NCBI GenBank assembly: GCA_930990555.1
Contig: CAKNPW010000004.1
Coordinates: 14,570 to 78,569, forward strand
Direction: 5' to 3'
Length of the DNA: 64,000 bases
Source: an uncultured Clostridium sp.
Lineage (GTDB): Bacteria > Bacillota > Clostridia > TANB77 > CAG-508
The translations under genes were made by a program, and so were the position numbers. Positions 35,707 through 44,773 of this stretch are shown here, in pieces; position 1 is the first letter of the stretch; each line of letters starts with the position of its first letter. The notes beneath the pieces are model-generated. The model did no database searches, was not told the origin of the DNA, and saw only the letters and a program-made list of their open reading frames with translations.

Positions 35707-35973
35707 TTACCCTCCTATTTTTTTATTAATTTTTAATAGTTGTATAATAAATCTGCCTAATAATTCTTCTATTTTTTCATTTGCCTCTTCTTCTGAAATT
35801 TCTAATGTGTTATTTTCTAATTTATCAGATATATCTACTACTTCATTTAAAATGTCTGTTATTTGTTTAAATAATTTAGCTAGATTTCTTAATTCTTCTG
35901 TATCCCTTTTTTCTATTTCCATCTTCTCCACTACTTTCTTTAAAACATTTATCATAATATTTGCATTGTTCAC
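35707..35973 (-). CDS. Hypothetical phage protein (start uncertain)
   Basis: 88-aa ORF with a GTG start. An alternative 45-aa Cys-rich ORF (MKDKINWKECMKRKCEQCKYYDKCF) overlaps its 5' end in another frame. Confidence 0.4.
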   Translation of the reverse strand: MNNANIMINVLKKVVEKMEIEKRDTEELRNLAKLFKQITDILNEVVDISDKLENNTLEISEEEANEKIEELLGRFIIQLLKINKKIGG

Positions 35974-36091
35974 ATTTACGTTTCATACATTCTTTCCAAT
36001 TAATTTTATCTTTCATATATGTTCATTACCTTTATTAATAAATATAAAATTATAATCTTTAGTTTCATTTCATTCTCCTTATAAAATAAAA

Positions 36092-36120
36092 AAACAAGCT
36101 ACACTAGAAATAGCTTGTTT
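36092..36120 (-). terminator. Rho-independent terminator
   Basis: 10-bp perfect stem AAACAAGCTA / TAGCTTGTTT followed by TTTTTATTTTAT on the minus strand. Confidence 0.65.
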
Positions 36121-36184
36121 AGTCAAATATTTATATTAAGAAAGGAGGTGATCTTGCAACAAATCACAATGTCTAGTACATAAA

Positions 36185-36213
36185 AAGAGTGGACATTTAA
36201 AACGTCTACTCTT
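36185..36213 (-). terminator. Terminator immediately 3' of the phage tRNA
   Basis: Minus strand AAGAGTAGAC-GTTTTAAAT-GTCCACTCTT followed by TTTTA. Confidence 0.6.
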
Positions 36214-36214
36214 A

Positions 36215-36290
36215 TGGTTGCAGGAACAAGATTCGAACTTGTGACCTTTGGCTTATGAGACCAACGAGCTTCCATCTGCTCTATCCCGCA
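36215..36290 (-). tRNA. Phage-encoded tRNA with anticodon CAT (Met, or Ile2 if lysidinylated), CCA encoded
   Basis: Folded by hand into a 76-nt cloverleaf. Acceptor stem UGCGGGA/UCCUGCA, D-stem GAGC/GCUC with GG in the loop. Anticodon stem UUGGU/GCCAA, loop CUCAUAA. T-stem ACAAG/CUUGU with loop UUCGAAU. Ends ACCA. The anticodon stem lacks the initiator-type 3 G-C pairs. Confidence 0.85.
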
Positions 36291-36419
36291 ATATAAAAAA
36301 TTGTGACTATATATGTCACAATTTCACGTAGTAATTATAATTGAATAATTTAATAATGAAAGGAGCATCACAACTTTCTGTTGCTATTATAAATTATAAA
36401 CTACTGTTTTTGAAAAAAC

Positions 36420-36463
36420 AAGTGCAAAACAACCGCATTTTAACCGCAAAATAACCGCATTTT
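36420..36463. repeat. Four tandem 11-bp repeats (AAGTGCAAAAC AACCGCATTTT AACCGCAAAAT AACCGCATTTT)
   Basis: Read directly. The period of 11 bp is about one helical turn. Lies just downstream of the ArpU-like gene stop. Confidence 0.8.
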
Positions 36464-36470
36464 CATTTTT

Positions 36471-36947
36471 CTATATTTTTGACACTTTTTTTAATGCTCT
36501 ATTAATCATTCTTTGTATTGTATCTTCACTTCTAGTTTCACTATACAATTGATAGTATATTCTGTTTCCTATATCTGCATAGCTACATTCTTCTATGTAC
36601 CTTGAAATTAATAATTGTTTTTCTTTATATGTTAATATCTCTAATCTGTCATCTACTGTTTCCACATCTTTTCTTAATTTTCTTATTTCCTCTTCTAACT
36701 TCTTTATATCTTCTTCTAGTTGTATCCTTTTGTTGTCTGTCTTAATAATACTGTTTCCTGTTTTGTCTGATATTGTATTTTTACTATGTATTCCTTCTGT
36801 ATCGTAATTTATTCCACTTATACTAGTATCTACTACTAGATTCTTTAATTCTATTCTTTTGTTCTTTAATTCTTTTAATCTTATGTTTAATGTAGCTTTG
36901 TTTTCTTTGTAGTTTTTTAATAATTTAATTAAGGTTTTAATTTCCAA
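36471..36947 (-). CDS. ArpU-family / sigma-70 region-4-like late transcriptional regulator
   Basis: 158 aa. Coiled-coil centre. C-terminal HTH-like LISRYIEECSYADIGNRIYY...IQRMINRALKKV. Position at the early/late boundary upstream of the packaging genes. Confidence 0.55.
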   Translation of the reverse strand: MEIKTLIKLLKNYKENKATLNIRLKELKNKRIELKNLVVDTSISGINYDTEGIHSKNTISDKTGNSIIKTDNKRIQLEEDIKKLEEEIRKLRKDVETVDDRLEILTYKEKQLLISRYIEECSYADIGNRIYYQLYSETRSEDTIQRMINRALKKVSKI

Positions 36948-36965
36948 TCTTTTGTACCTCCTTAT

Positions 36966-37778
36966 TTAATTATCCTTTAATAATTCATTTCTAAATTTCT
37001 GTTTTAAAATAAAGTATTTTACATCGTTTAAAACATCTATTGCATTCTGATTAATTTCATCTTGTTTTGTTAATAAGCTTTCTTTGATTTTATATGTTTC
37101 TTGGTCTGTTTCTTCTGCTAACTTTGTTGCTTCTTCTTCACTTAAAATTCCTTTTTTAATTTCGATTAAATATTCTTTATTGTCTGGAATTAAGCAATCT
37201 TGATATCTTCTTTTTTCTATTCCATATTTTTTTATAAAATCATTCATTCTTAAAATATGATGTAATTGTTTTGGATCATATCCGAATTTTTCTATTTTAT
37301 CTACTGTAGCAGGATACGGATGTTTTAAGGCTTTTAACTTTTCTTTACTCATTCCAGATATACATCTTAAAGCTTGATTTATATTTAATCTAGCAATTTG
37401 TTCTCTCAATTTTATTAATTTTTGTATCTGCTCACTATATTCTAGTTTTACTATATTGAATTTAGTAAATAATATTTCTATAAAATTTATATTTTGCTTT
37501 TTAAAATTTTCAAACATTACTCTTATATCTTTTACATCAATATGCTCATTATTATCTAGCACTATTGTTTTACTTACTGGTGCTTTATTAAGCACAATAT
37601 CTTCAAAGCTAGGTAAAACAATAGCTTTTGTATCTATATCAGATTTATAATCATCATCATAGATATCTAATTCATAATTTTGGCTACCTTGCAATCCTAA
37701 ATAAGCGACATCATATCTATCTTTTATATACTCATAATGTTCCTTTAATCTTTTCATAATAAATTCATTTCTATTCAT
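36966..37778 (-). CDS. Pol-beta-superfamily nucleotidyltransferase, RlaP-like (PF10127-type; from memory)
   Basis: Start set at MNRNEF (ATGA overlap with the upstream stop). GLQGSQNYELDIYDDDYKSDIDTKAIV fits the GS-x-YG...SD-x-D nucleotidyltransferase motif. Confidence 0.55.
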   Translation of the reverse strand: MNRNEFIMKRLKEHYEYIKDRYDVAYLGLQGSQNYELDIYDDDYKSDIDTKAIVLPSFEDIVLNKAPVSKTIVLDNNEHIDVKDIRVMFENFKKQNINFIEILFTKFNIVKLEYSEQIQKLIKLREQIARLNINQALRCISGMSKEKLKALKHPYPATVDKIEKFGYDPKQLHHILRMNDFIKKYGIEKRRYQDCLIPDNKEYLIEIKKGILSEEEATKLAEETDQETYKIKESLLTKQDEINQNAIDVLNDVKYFILKQKFRNELLKDN

Positions 37779-38302
37779 AATAATTCCTCCAAATTTAAAA
37801 GTCTTTTGTGTACATCTATTCCTACATTTATACATTTATATCCGTATTTATTATTTAACTTATTCATATATTCAGAAGTGTTACTTTTTATGGTATGAAT
37901 ATGTCCAAATAAATGAATACTTCCATTAATTTGTCCATTCCATTCAGCTATTGGATAATGAAACATTACAATCTTTTTTTTGTTAATTTTAATCTCTTTA
38001 TAATAGCAAATTTCTTCAAATAAATTTTTATTAAATCTCTTATCATCTAAAAAGTTTTTATCATGATTTCCTATTATCAAAAATTTATTTCCGTTTAACT
38101 TATATAATATTTCATTTGTTTTCTCGCCTTTATACCAGCTAAAATCTCCTAATACATATACTTTATCATCTTTCTTTACAGTTTTATTCCATAATTCTAT
38201 AATTGCTTTATCCATTTCCTCTATATCTTTAAACGGTCTATTTTCATACTTTATTATATTTTTATGTCCAAAATGTAAATCAGAAGTTACCCAATTATTC
38301 AT
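37775..38302 (-). CDS. Calcineurin-like metallophosphoesterase
   Basis: Start set at MNNWVTSDLHFGH (AAGGAG RBS). Motifs DLHFGH, GDF, GNHD and GHIH in canonical order. Confidence 0.8.
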   Translation of the reverse strand: MNNWVTSDLHFGHKNIIKYENRPFKDIEEMDKAIIELWNKTVKKDDKVYVLGDFSWYKGEKTNEILYKLNGNKFLIIGNHDKNFLDDKRFNKNLFEEICYYKEIKINKKKIVMFHYPIAEWNGQINGSIHLFGHIHTIKSNTSEYMNKLNNKYGYKCINVGIDVHKRLLNLEELL

Positions 38303-38303
38303 T

Positions 38304-38804
38304 TTATTCTCCTTTCTCTTTTGCTTGTTTTTCAAAATATTGTTTTATGCATTCTTTACATTCAACCTCTCTATTGATGTCATCACAATTATTATCCGAT
38401 TGTTTTTTGCAAATATCTTCATCAATATCTAAATCCGATATGTATTCTGCCATTAAATCTATCATCTTGTCTTTCTTCTCCAATTCTACTTTCCAGCCTT
38501 TATCTAAATCGTCTAAATCTGTATCTGCTTTTTCTTTAGCTTTTATGCTATCATTTAAATTTCTTGCTAAATTATCTGCTAATAATTTCTTATATTTTTC
38601 TATCTCTGCATTCTTCTCTGCAAGCTCTGTGTTCTTCTGATGTATCTCTGCAGAGTTTTCTTTTAGCATATTTAATACTGTTTCTATATCTTCTTGTAAT
38701 TCTCTAAATCCCTCTATTGTTATTCCAAATTTGTTACCATATAATATTTGTCTATTTGTTATTTTTCTTAATTTATTTATAGCCTCTTCTTGCTCTTTAG
38801 TCAC
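38304..38804 (-). CDS. Coiled-coil phage protein with C-terminal Cys cluster
   Basis: 166-aa ORF, GTG start. Confidence 0.55.
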   Translation of the reverse strand: MTKEQEEAINKLRKITNRQILYGNKFGITIEGFRELQEDIETVLNMLKENSAEIHQKNTELAEKNAEIEKYKKLLADNLARNLNDSIKAKEKADTDLDDLDKGWKVELEKKDKMIDLMAEYISDLDIDEDICKKQSDNNCDDINREVECKECIKQYFEKQAKEKGE

Positions 38805-38818
38805 CTAATCACCTTCTT

Positions 38819-39712
38819 CTATAAAATGAAATTAATTTCATTATTTATCATCTTTACTATACCTTTTACTATATCTTTAATTATTTCACTTTGTTTATGA
38901 TGTGTTTTTACATATTCTTTTATATTGCTATCGTTATAATTTATCTTTAAATCTTCTAAATATTTTATTATTAAATTATAAGCTTCATTATTATTTAGTA
39001 TTGTTACTTCATGTTGTATTGTAAATCTACGAATTAAGGCTTCATCTATCATATCTCTACGATTAGTTGCTCCAATAATTATTAAATCATTTTCTAACAG
39101 GTCAAAAGATTGCATAAGTCCAATTACTATTCTTGACATCTCTCCTAAATCTTCTTTTCCTCTTTTTATCCCTATTGCATCTATTTCATCTAGCATCAAC
39201 ACACATTTTTGTTTTGAAATATAATCAAATACTTTTTCAATATTTTTACTTGTAGCCCCTAAATAAGAACTTATACATTGAGCAAAATTTAGATATGCAA
39301 ACGGCATTCCTAATTTATATGCGACATATTTTCCAAATGTAGTTTTCCCAGTACCACTTTCTCCATAAAGTAAAGTTGTATTTAAATATTTTATTCTCAT
39401 TTCACTTAATTTTTCATTAGTATTTTTAGCCATAGCAATTTGAGTAAATATATCTTTCTCTCTGTCTGTTAGATAATATCTATTTTCATTAAAATTAGAT
39501 ACATCTTCCATCTTTAATATTCCTTTAATATCATAAGGAAGCTCTATAAAATGATGCTGTGTTTCGAGTCTATTCTTTATAGTTTTACAAAAATACTGAT
39601 TAGATATAGCTGTTTCGTTAGATATTATAATCTCTGCATATGTTTTAGCTTTTTCTAAATCATTATCTGCCACACTTTTTATTAACTCTTTAATATTTTT
39701 ATTTAATGCCAT
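38819..39712 (-). CDS. AAA+ ATPase (classic AAA clade)
   Basis: 297 aa. Walker A GESGTGKTT, Walker B VLMLDEIDAI, second region of homology GATNRRDMIDEALIRRF. Confidence 0.8.
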   Translation of the reverse strand: MALNKNIKELIKSVADNDLEKAKTYAEIIISNETAISNQYFCKTIKNRLETQHHFIELPYDIKGILKMEDVSNFNENRYYLTDREKDIFTQIAMAKNTNEKLSEMRIKYLNTTLLYGESGTGKTTFGKYVAYKLGMPFAYLNFAQCISSYLGATSKNIEKVFDYISKQKCVLMLDEIDAIGIKRGKEDLGEMSRIVIGLMQSFDLLENDLIIIGATNRRDMIDEALIRRFTIQHEVTILNNNEAYNLIIKYLEDLKINYNDSNIKEYVKTHHKQSEIIKDIVKGIVKMINNEINFIL

Positions 39713-39714
39713 TT

Positions 39715-39867
39715 TTATTTCTCCTCTTCTATAATATTTAATTTAACATCATTAAGCTTAATTAAGTTCTTCGTTTCTGTTCTTAATTTTTCATACTTTT
39801 CTTTGCTTATAGTTATCTCTTTATATCCATAAGCTATCATTTGTTCTATTTTTTTATCTTCTGTCAT
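39715..39867 (-). CDS. Small hypothetical phage protein (50 aa, not in the track)
   Basis: GGAGGA RBS, then ATG 39867. MTEDKKIEQMIAYGYKEITISKEKYEKL... Confidence 0.35.
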   Translation of the reverse strand: MTEDKKIEQMIAYGYKEITISKEKYEKLRTETKNLIKLNDVKLNIIEEEK

Positions 39868-40010
39868 TGCTTGTCCTCCTTACTAAAATCAATGATAAAC
39901 CATAGCCATTTATATATTGGTGGATTGCATTTTAATGTTAATCTTTTAGGAATTATGTAATAATACCATTGACTATGTCTATATCTTGCTTTATGTATTC
40001 CTATTTTCAT
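39864..40010 (-). CDS. Small hypothetical phage protein (48 aa, not in the track)
   Basis: GAGGAG RBS, ATG 40010. The stop overlaps the next start (ATGA). Confidence 0.3.
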   Translation of the reverse strand: MKIGIHKARYRHSQWYYYIIPKRLTLKCNPPIYKWLWFIIDFSKEDKQ

Positions 40011-40226
40011 TTACTTCTCCTCAATATAAATATTACTTTTTTCTAATTCCCATTCATATTCTGAAAAATCATCATCTACTGTTGCAAATCTAGAATCCAT
40101 TAAATCTACAGATTGTATTAATATATATTCATTTTCTCTTTTATAATAGAAAAAAGGTTGTTCTTTATTATTTAAAATACAATCAATTAATATATCAAAC
40201 ATCTCTTTTAATGTTATATGTTTCAT
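40011..40226 (-). CDS. Hypothetical phage protein
   Basis: 71-aa ORF with GGAGGAG RBS. Confidence 0.55.
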   Translation of the reverse strand: MKHITLKEMFDILIDCILNNKEQPFFYYKRENEYILIQSVDLMDSRFATVDDDFSEYEWELEKSNIYIEEK

Positions 40227-40246
40227 TTACTTCTCCTCCACTTTTT

Positions 40247-40816
40247 CTACATAACTTCTTTCCATCTATATCCATACCATATTTGCTCTAATCCGCTATA
40301 TGATATTTTAGTTTTATATTTTTCATAAACATTTTTTATATTCAATCCATTTGATTTATTATTTATAATATCCAATACTTCATTCTTACTTAATTTACTA
40401 TTTGGATTATTTTCGCCATTATGATTACTTGTTTTAAATTGCTTTCTTAAACCTGTAGATATTGCGTGAACTATATTTTCTTTTGGAGTAACCCATTCAA
40501 GGTTTTCTACTCTATTGTCTGTTTTAATTCCATTCCTATGATTTACTTGTGTTTTAGTTAAATCATCTTTTGATATAAAAGTTATTGCAACTAAACGATG
40601 TACTCCAAAAGTGTATTGCTTTTTATTTTTATGTAAACATACTATCTCATATCCATCTTTATCTATCTTTGATTTCATTTCTTTTTCTTTTAATTTTCTA
40701 AGTCCATTTCGATTTTTTACATATCTTTCAACTCTAATAATCCTACCTAAATTAGAGCAAATATATAATCCTTCAAAATTAGGAATATCTTTCCAATTTT
40801 CTGCTATTCTTAACAT
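40247..40816 (-). CDS. HNH homing-type endonuclease with NUMOD4 motif
   Basis: 189 aa. WKDIPNFEGLYICSNLGRI (NUMOD4) followed by VHRLVAITF...QVNHRNGIKTDNRVENLEWVT (HNH_3). Confidence 0.8.
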   Translation of the reverse strand: MLRIAENWKDIPNFEGLYICSNLGRIIRVERYVKNRNGLRKLKEKEMKSKIDKDGYEIVCLHKNKKQYTFGVHRLVAITFISKDDLTKTQVNHRNGIKTDNRVENLEWVTPKENIVHAISTGLRKQFKTSNHNGENNPNSKLSKNEVLDIINNKSNGLNIKNVYEKYKTKISYSGLEQIWYGYRWKEVM

Positions 40817-40833
40817 TTAATCACCTTTCCTTT

Positions 40834-40941
40834 TCAAAAAAGTTTTTTTATAAATTTAATAAATATATAAAATGTTATTCCTATTCCTAATATCATTGCT
40901 ATTAACAATATTCCTAAAAAAATATATAAAAATATGTCCAT
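40834..40941 (-). CDS. Small hydrophobic peptide (35 aa, not in the track)
   Basis: AAGGAGGAG RBS. MDIFLYIFLGILLIAMILGIGITFYIFIKFIKKLF. Confidence 0.35.
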   Translation of the reverse strand: MDIFLYIFLGILLIAMILGIGITFYIFIKFIKKLF

Positions 40942-40955
40942 ATTACTCCTCCTTA

Positions 40956-41282
40956 TTAATTTTGATATTCTTGTAATGATTCTAAAGGCTGTAATTGTAA
41001 CCATAATTCAATACAATTAAATTCTTCGTTAAATCTAAAATCTGTTACAACACTATCTAATATTTGTCTTGATAAATAACTTTCTAATATTTCCCATACA
41101 GAATCTTTATTATAATAATCATACCAACCTATATCTAAATAAAAATCTTTTTTATTATCGCCTTTTTTACTCCAATTAATTCTTATAATTGAATTATCTA
41201 AAGTTTTCCTATTATTTTTATTTGTATAGCAATCTCTAATATTTATAGTATATATGAATTGTTTAAAAGTTATATATTCCAT
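40956..41282 (-). CDS. Hypothetical phage protein
   Basis: 108-aa ORF with GGAGGA RBS. Confidence 0.55.
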   Translation of the reverse strand: MEYITFKQFIYTINIRDCYTNKNNRKTLDNSIIRINWSKKGDNKKDFYLDIGWYDYYNKDSVWEILESYLSRQILDSVVTDFRFNEEFNCIELWLQLQPLESLQEYQN

Positions 41283-41283
41283 A

Positions 41284-41670
41284 TTATTTATCCTCCAATA
41301 AGTTATTTAGAACTTTTATCGCAAATTTTATTTGTTCATAATTTACTTTTAATAATAATTCTGCTTTTTCTAATTCTATTAATTTATCTTTTATTTTTTG
41401 TTTTGCTATAAACTTTTCTTCAAATTCTGGTGTGTCTATATATACTATTCTTTTATCCTTTAAATCATCTTCTAATACTTCTAACTCTTTTATTCTCTTT
41501 TTATCTTCTTCTCTTTCGGCTAATATGTGATCTATTGCATTAATACAATCAATAGTTTTTTCATCCCAACCTAAATCGTTATAATAAATTTTATGTTTCC
41601 CTTCGTATATTAGTAGATTTAAGTATTTTTTTAAATTTTCTAATCTCTTTATATCCTCTTCTATATCCAT
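41284..41670 (-). CDS. Hypothetical coiled-coil phage protein
   Basis: 128-aa ORF. Confidence 0.55.
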   Translation of the reverse strand: MDIEEDIKRLENLKKYLNLLIYEGKHKIYYNDLGWDEKTIDCINAIDHILAEREEDKKRIKELEVLEDDLKDKRIVYIDTPEFEEKFIAKQKIKDKLIELEKAELLLKVNYEQIKFAIKVLNNLLEDK

Positions 41671-41671
41671 C

Positions 41672-41848
41672 CTAATTCCTCACATTTCTTGCTTTCTCTA
41701 GTAAATTTATTTTATCTGTTATTCTATATATATCTTTTCTTATAGCTTCTGCTTCATCTGATAAATGATTTCTATGTGTTTCTATATACTCATCTAATTC
41801 TTTGTCTTTTTGCTTTAATTCTTTATATAGCTCTTCTAATCTATTCAT
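41672..41848 (-). CDS. Hypothetical phage protein
   Basis: Start moved to MNRLEELYK (GAGGAG RBS). The track ORF starts at 41878. Confidence 0.5.
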   Translation of the reverse strand: MNRLEELYKELKQKDKELDEYIETHRNHLSDEAEAIRKDIYRITDKINLLEKARNVRN

Positions 41849-41867
41849 TCTTTTCTCCTCTTTATTT

Positions 41868-42083
41868 TTATTCTTCACTTATTTTTATTAAATTTACATT
41901 CTTTAAGTTAACTATATATGTGTCATTATTTTCTATATCAGGTCCAAATGACATTCTTTCTATTCTTTTTTCTTCTAAAACTTCAACCATTCTATCTTTT
42001 TGTTGCTCGGATAAGGTTGTAGAATAAGTTGTACCACCTACAAGAAATATGTCTATTCTGTATTCTTTATTCACTCTTTCCAC
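41868..42083 (-). CDS. Hypothetical phage protein
   Basis: 71-aa ORF, GTG start. Confidence 0.5.
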   Translation of the reverse strand: MERVNKEYRIDIFLVGGTTYSTTLSEQQKDRMVEVLEEKRIERMSFGPDIENNDTYIVNLKNVNLIKISEE

Positions 42084-42199
42084 CTCACTTCATCTACTTC
42101 TAATAACTCTTGTACTTTCTCTCTATTAATAATTGCTATTAGCTTTCCTTGTTCATCATAATAGCTGTACTCTATTAATTCTTCTCTTTTTACTTCCAT
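42071..42199 (-). CDS. Small hypothetical phage protein (42 aa, not in the track)
   Basis: GGAGGAAAAAAAGT-ATG. MEVKREELIEYSYYDEQGKLIAIINREKV... Confidence 0.3.
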   Translation of the reverse strand: MEVKREELIEYSYYDEQGKLIAIINREKVQELLEVDEVRWKE

Positions 42200-42215
42200 A
42201 CTTTTTTTCCTCCGT

Positions 42216-42533
42216 TTAATCTAATCTTGGTAAATGTCTGCTATATTCTTTTTCGTAGTTTTTCTCTTCTTCTTTTCTGATTCTTGTTTTTTGTTTTGGT
42301 TTTAATTCTGGATGTAATTCTAAAAACTTTCTTCTATGTCTTGTTATACTCTCAAAACTTATTCCTGCATTAGTTAATGTTTGTAATGCTGTTTTAAAAT
42401 ATGTTTCTGCTAGTCTTGGAAATAGTTCTTTAACTGTTTTATATATTAAATAATTATCATCTTCTCTTGCTCTTGTATCTGCTTCTAGTATCTTATAAAC
42501 TATATCTCTCACTCTACTTCTTCTCATTTGCAT
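42216..42533 (-). CDS. Hypothetical phage protein
   Basis: 105-aa basic ORF downstream of dnaB. Confidence 0.55.
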   Translation of the reverse strand: MQMRRSRVRDIVYKILEADTRAREDDNYLIYKTVKELFPRLAETYFKTALQTLTNAGISFESITRHRRKFLELHPELKPKQKTRIRKEEEKNYEKEYSRHLPRLD

Positions 42534-42638
42534 CTCCTCCTACAAATTTTGCTTGTCCTAATATAATTTGCTTTATAAATTGTATCTTCTCAATATCATT
42601 TAATTTTAGTAGTTCTTCTGTATTTATAATTTTCATAA

Positions 42639-43871
42639 CTACCTCCTGATTATATTTACAAATTCGCTATATACTTTTCTAAATATCATGTTTACTTTTC
42701 CTGTAGAACCTGCTCTTTGTTTTGCTAATTTTATTGTTACAACTGGCGCTGCTGCATCAGTTTCTTCTTCTTGATATATAAAAATAACATTGTCTGCATC
42801 TTGTTCTATTGCTCCAGATTCTCTTAAATCAGATAGCATTGGTTCTTGTCTTGTTGCACTTCTATTTAGCTGGCATAATCCTATTATTGGTATTTTCAAC
42901 TCCAATGTTAAAAGCTTTAGTGTCCTTGTTATGTCTGCTACTTCTTGCTCTCTTAAATTGAATTTTTGAGAACTTTTAATTAACTGTATATAGTCAATTA
43001 TTATTAGACCTATGTTTTTCTTGTTTTTCATTTTTCTTGCTTCTACTTCTATTTGCTGTATTGTTCTTAAATTACTAGTAATATATAAAGATTTTTCTTC
43101 TAATTCTGCTCCAGCTTCATATACTTTTACTGCTTCTTGGTCAGTTAATGTTCCTAATCTCATTTTTGTACTATTTATTCTTGTTTCTTTTGCTATTAAT
43201 TTTGTTATAATTTGTTCTTCTGACATTTCTAAACTTATAAACATTACTGGTATTTTCTTTTTAGCTATATAGTCTGCTATTTGTAATGCAAATGTTGTTT
43301 TTCCCATTCCAGGTCTAGCACCAATTATTGTTAATTCTTCGTTATGTAGTCCACAAGTTAATTGATCTAAATCTAGCATTCCAGTGTATAGGCTATAGTC
43401 ATTTTTGTTTTTCATGTTTTTCTCTATCATGTCTAAAGTATTTATAATCTGCTCTTTTAAACTCTCTTCTTTAACTTCTCTATCTTCAATTTTATTTAAC
43501 TCTTTTATTACTTTTTCTATGTCTATATCTATATTTTCAGCATCTTTTATTTTTGTTGCTGATTCATTTAGCAGTTTTTGCATTTGTCTTTTTTTAGTTA
43601 ATTCAATTAACTTTTTATATACACTCTCTGCAGTTGTGCTATAAATATTCTCACTTAATGTTGCTAAATAACTTAATATATTTTTTTCATCAGTTAACTT
43701 GTTTTTAACAGTTAGCATTGTTATTTCTTCTTTTGCTTGTTTTAAATTTTGTATTGCTTTAAATATTTTCTTGTTTAATCTAGTTGTAAAATCTGCATCT
43801 ATAAGCTCACATTCATAATTTTCGAAAATTAGATAATATAACATTGCTTTCTCTATTTCTTCATCCTGCAT
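42639..43871 (-). CDS. dnaB: Replicative DNA helicase (DnaB family)
   Basis: 410 aa. Walker A GARPGMGKTTFAL, Walker B IIIDYIQL. RecA-like C-terminal domain. Confidence 0.85.
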   Translation of the reverse strand: MQDEEIEKAMLYYLIFENYECELIDADFTTRLNKKIFKAIQNLKQAKEEITMLTVKNKLTDEKNILSYLATLSENIYSTTAESVYKKLIELTKKRQMQKLLNESATKIKDAENIDIDIEKVIKELNKIEDREVKEESLKEQIINTLDMIEKNMKNKNDYSLYTGMLDLDQLTCGLHNEELTIIGARPGMGKTTFALQIADYIAKKKIPVMFISLEMSEEQIITKLIAKETRINSTKMRLGTLTDQEAVKVYEAGAELEEKSLYITSNLRTIQQIEVEARKMKNKKNIGLIIIDYIQLIKSSQKFNLREQEVADITRTLKLLTLELKIPIIGLCQLNRSATRQEPMLSDLRESGAIEQDADNVIFIYQEEETDAAAPVVTIKLAKQRAGSTGKVNMIFRKVYSEFVNIIRR

Positions 43872-44715
43872 TTCGTTTACCTCTTACAAGTTTTAAATAT
43901 TCGTCTTCGCTTAAAGCAGATGTGTCCATTATTTCTACGTCCTCAATTTTTATATTATCTTTCTTTTCGTTTTTGTTTTGATTTTCATTTTTAGCTTCTG
44001 CTAATGTCTTAATATTGGCTTTAGACCAATTGTTGAGAATTGCCTTTATATAACTGATTGTTCTTTTATTGTTTTCTATACTAATCTGCATTGCATAAAT
44101 AACTAATTCTGATCCTAGCTCTTTTGTATAATCTTCTAAAACTTCTGATGTGTATGGTGTTAAAAGATTAATATTGTCTTCGTAAAATTTTGAAACTTTT
44201 TGGAAATCGTCTTTACAACTGTCCTTTCCTGTTAGAAGACCGTCTTTACAACTTTCGTCTTCTTGAAAACCGTCGCCACAACTTTCGCTTTCTTCTTGTT
44301 CTTTTTCTTTACTATTCTTTTCTATACTAATCTTATCTATTCTATTCTTATCTATACTGTGTATACACTCTGTATCCAAATTGTATACATTGCTTTTATC
44401 TATTGTTAATCTAGACTTTTCGTCTTTATATATTGTTTCTTTATATCTATCTTTTTGTAGATAATTATTTAATCTCCAATGTCTTATTACTAGCACTCCT
44501 GTATCAAATGGAATTACAAAAGATTTAGCTATTAATATTTTTAAATCATCTTCTTTTTTTCCAGTCATTCTCATTATAGATTTCCATTTATCTACAAATC
44601 CATCATCATCAGCTTGCATCGACAAGTGAAAATATAAATTCTGAGAACTGTCGGGCATTTCTAAAAACTCGTCACTTCCAACTACGGAGTTATTAAACAT
44701 TCGTTTTTGCGCCAT
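43861..44715 (-). CDS. Phage replisome organizer with C-terminal DnaD-like domain
   Basis: Start set at MAQKRMFNNSVVGSDEF (AAAGGAG RBS). N-terminal replisome-organizer motif DEFLEMPDSSQNLYFHLSMQADDDGFV. C-terminal ISYIKAILNNWSKANIKT (DnaD-type). Confidence 0.75.
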   Translation of the reverse strand: MAQKRMFNNSVVGSDEFLEMPDSSQNLYFHLSMQADDDGFVDKWKSIMRMTGKKEDDLKILIAKSFVIPFDTGVLVIRHWRLNNYLQKDRYKETIYKDEKSRLTIDKSNVYNLDTECIHSIDKNRIDKISIEKNSKEKEQEESESCGDGFQEDESCKDGLLTGKDSCKDDFQKVSKFYEDNINLLTPYTSEVLEDYTKELGSELVIYAMQISIENNKRTISYIKAILNNWSKANIKTLAEAKNENQNKNEKKDNIKIEDVEIMDTSALSEDEYLKLVRGKRNAG

Positions 44716-44773
44716 TTTTTCTCCTTTCTTTAGTAAAATAGGAGCAGTATTATTTATGCCTGCTCCTTGTTGT

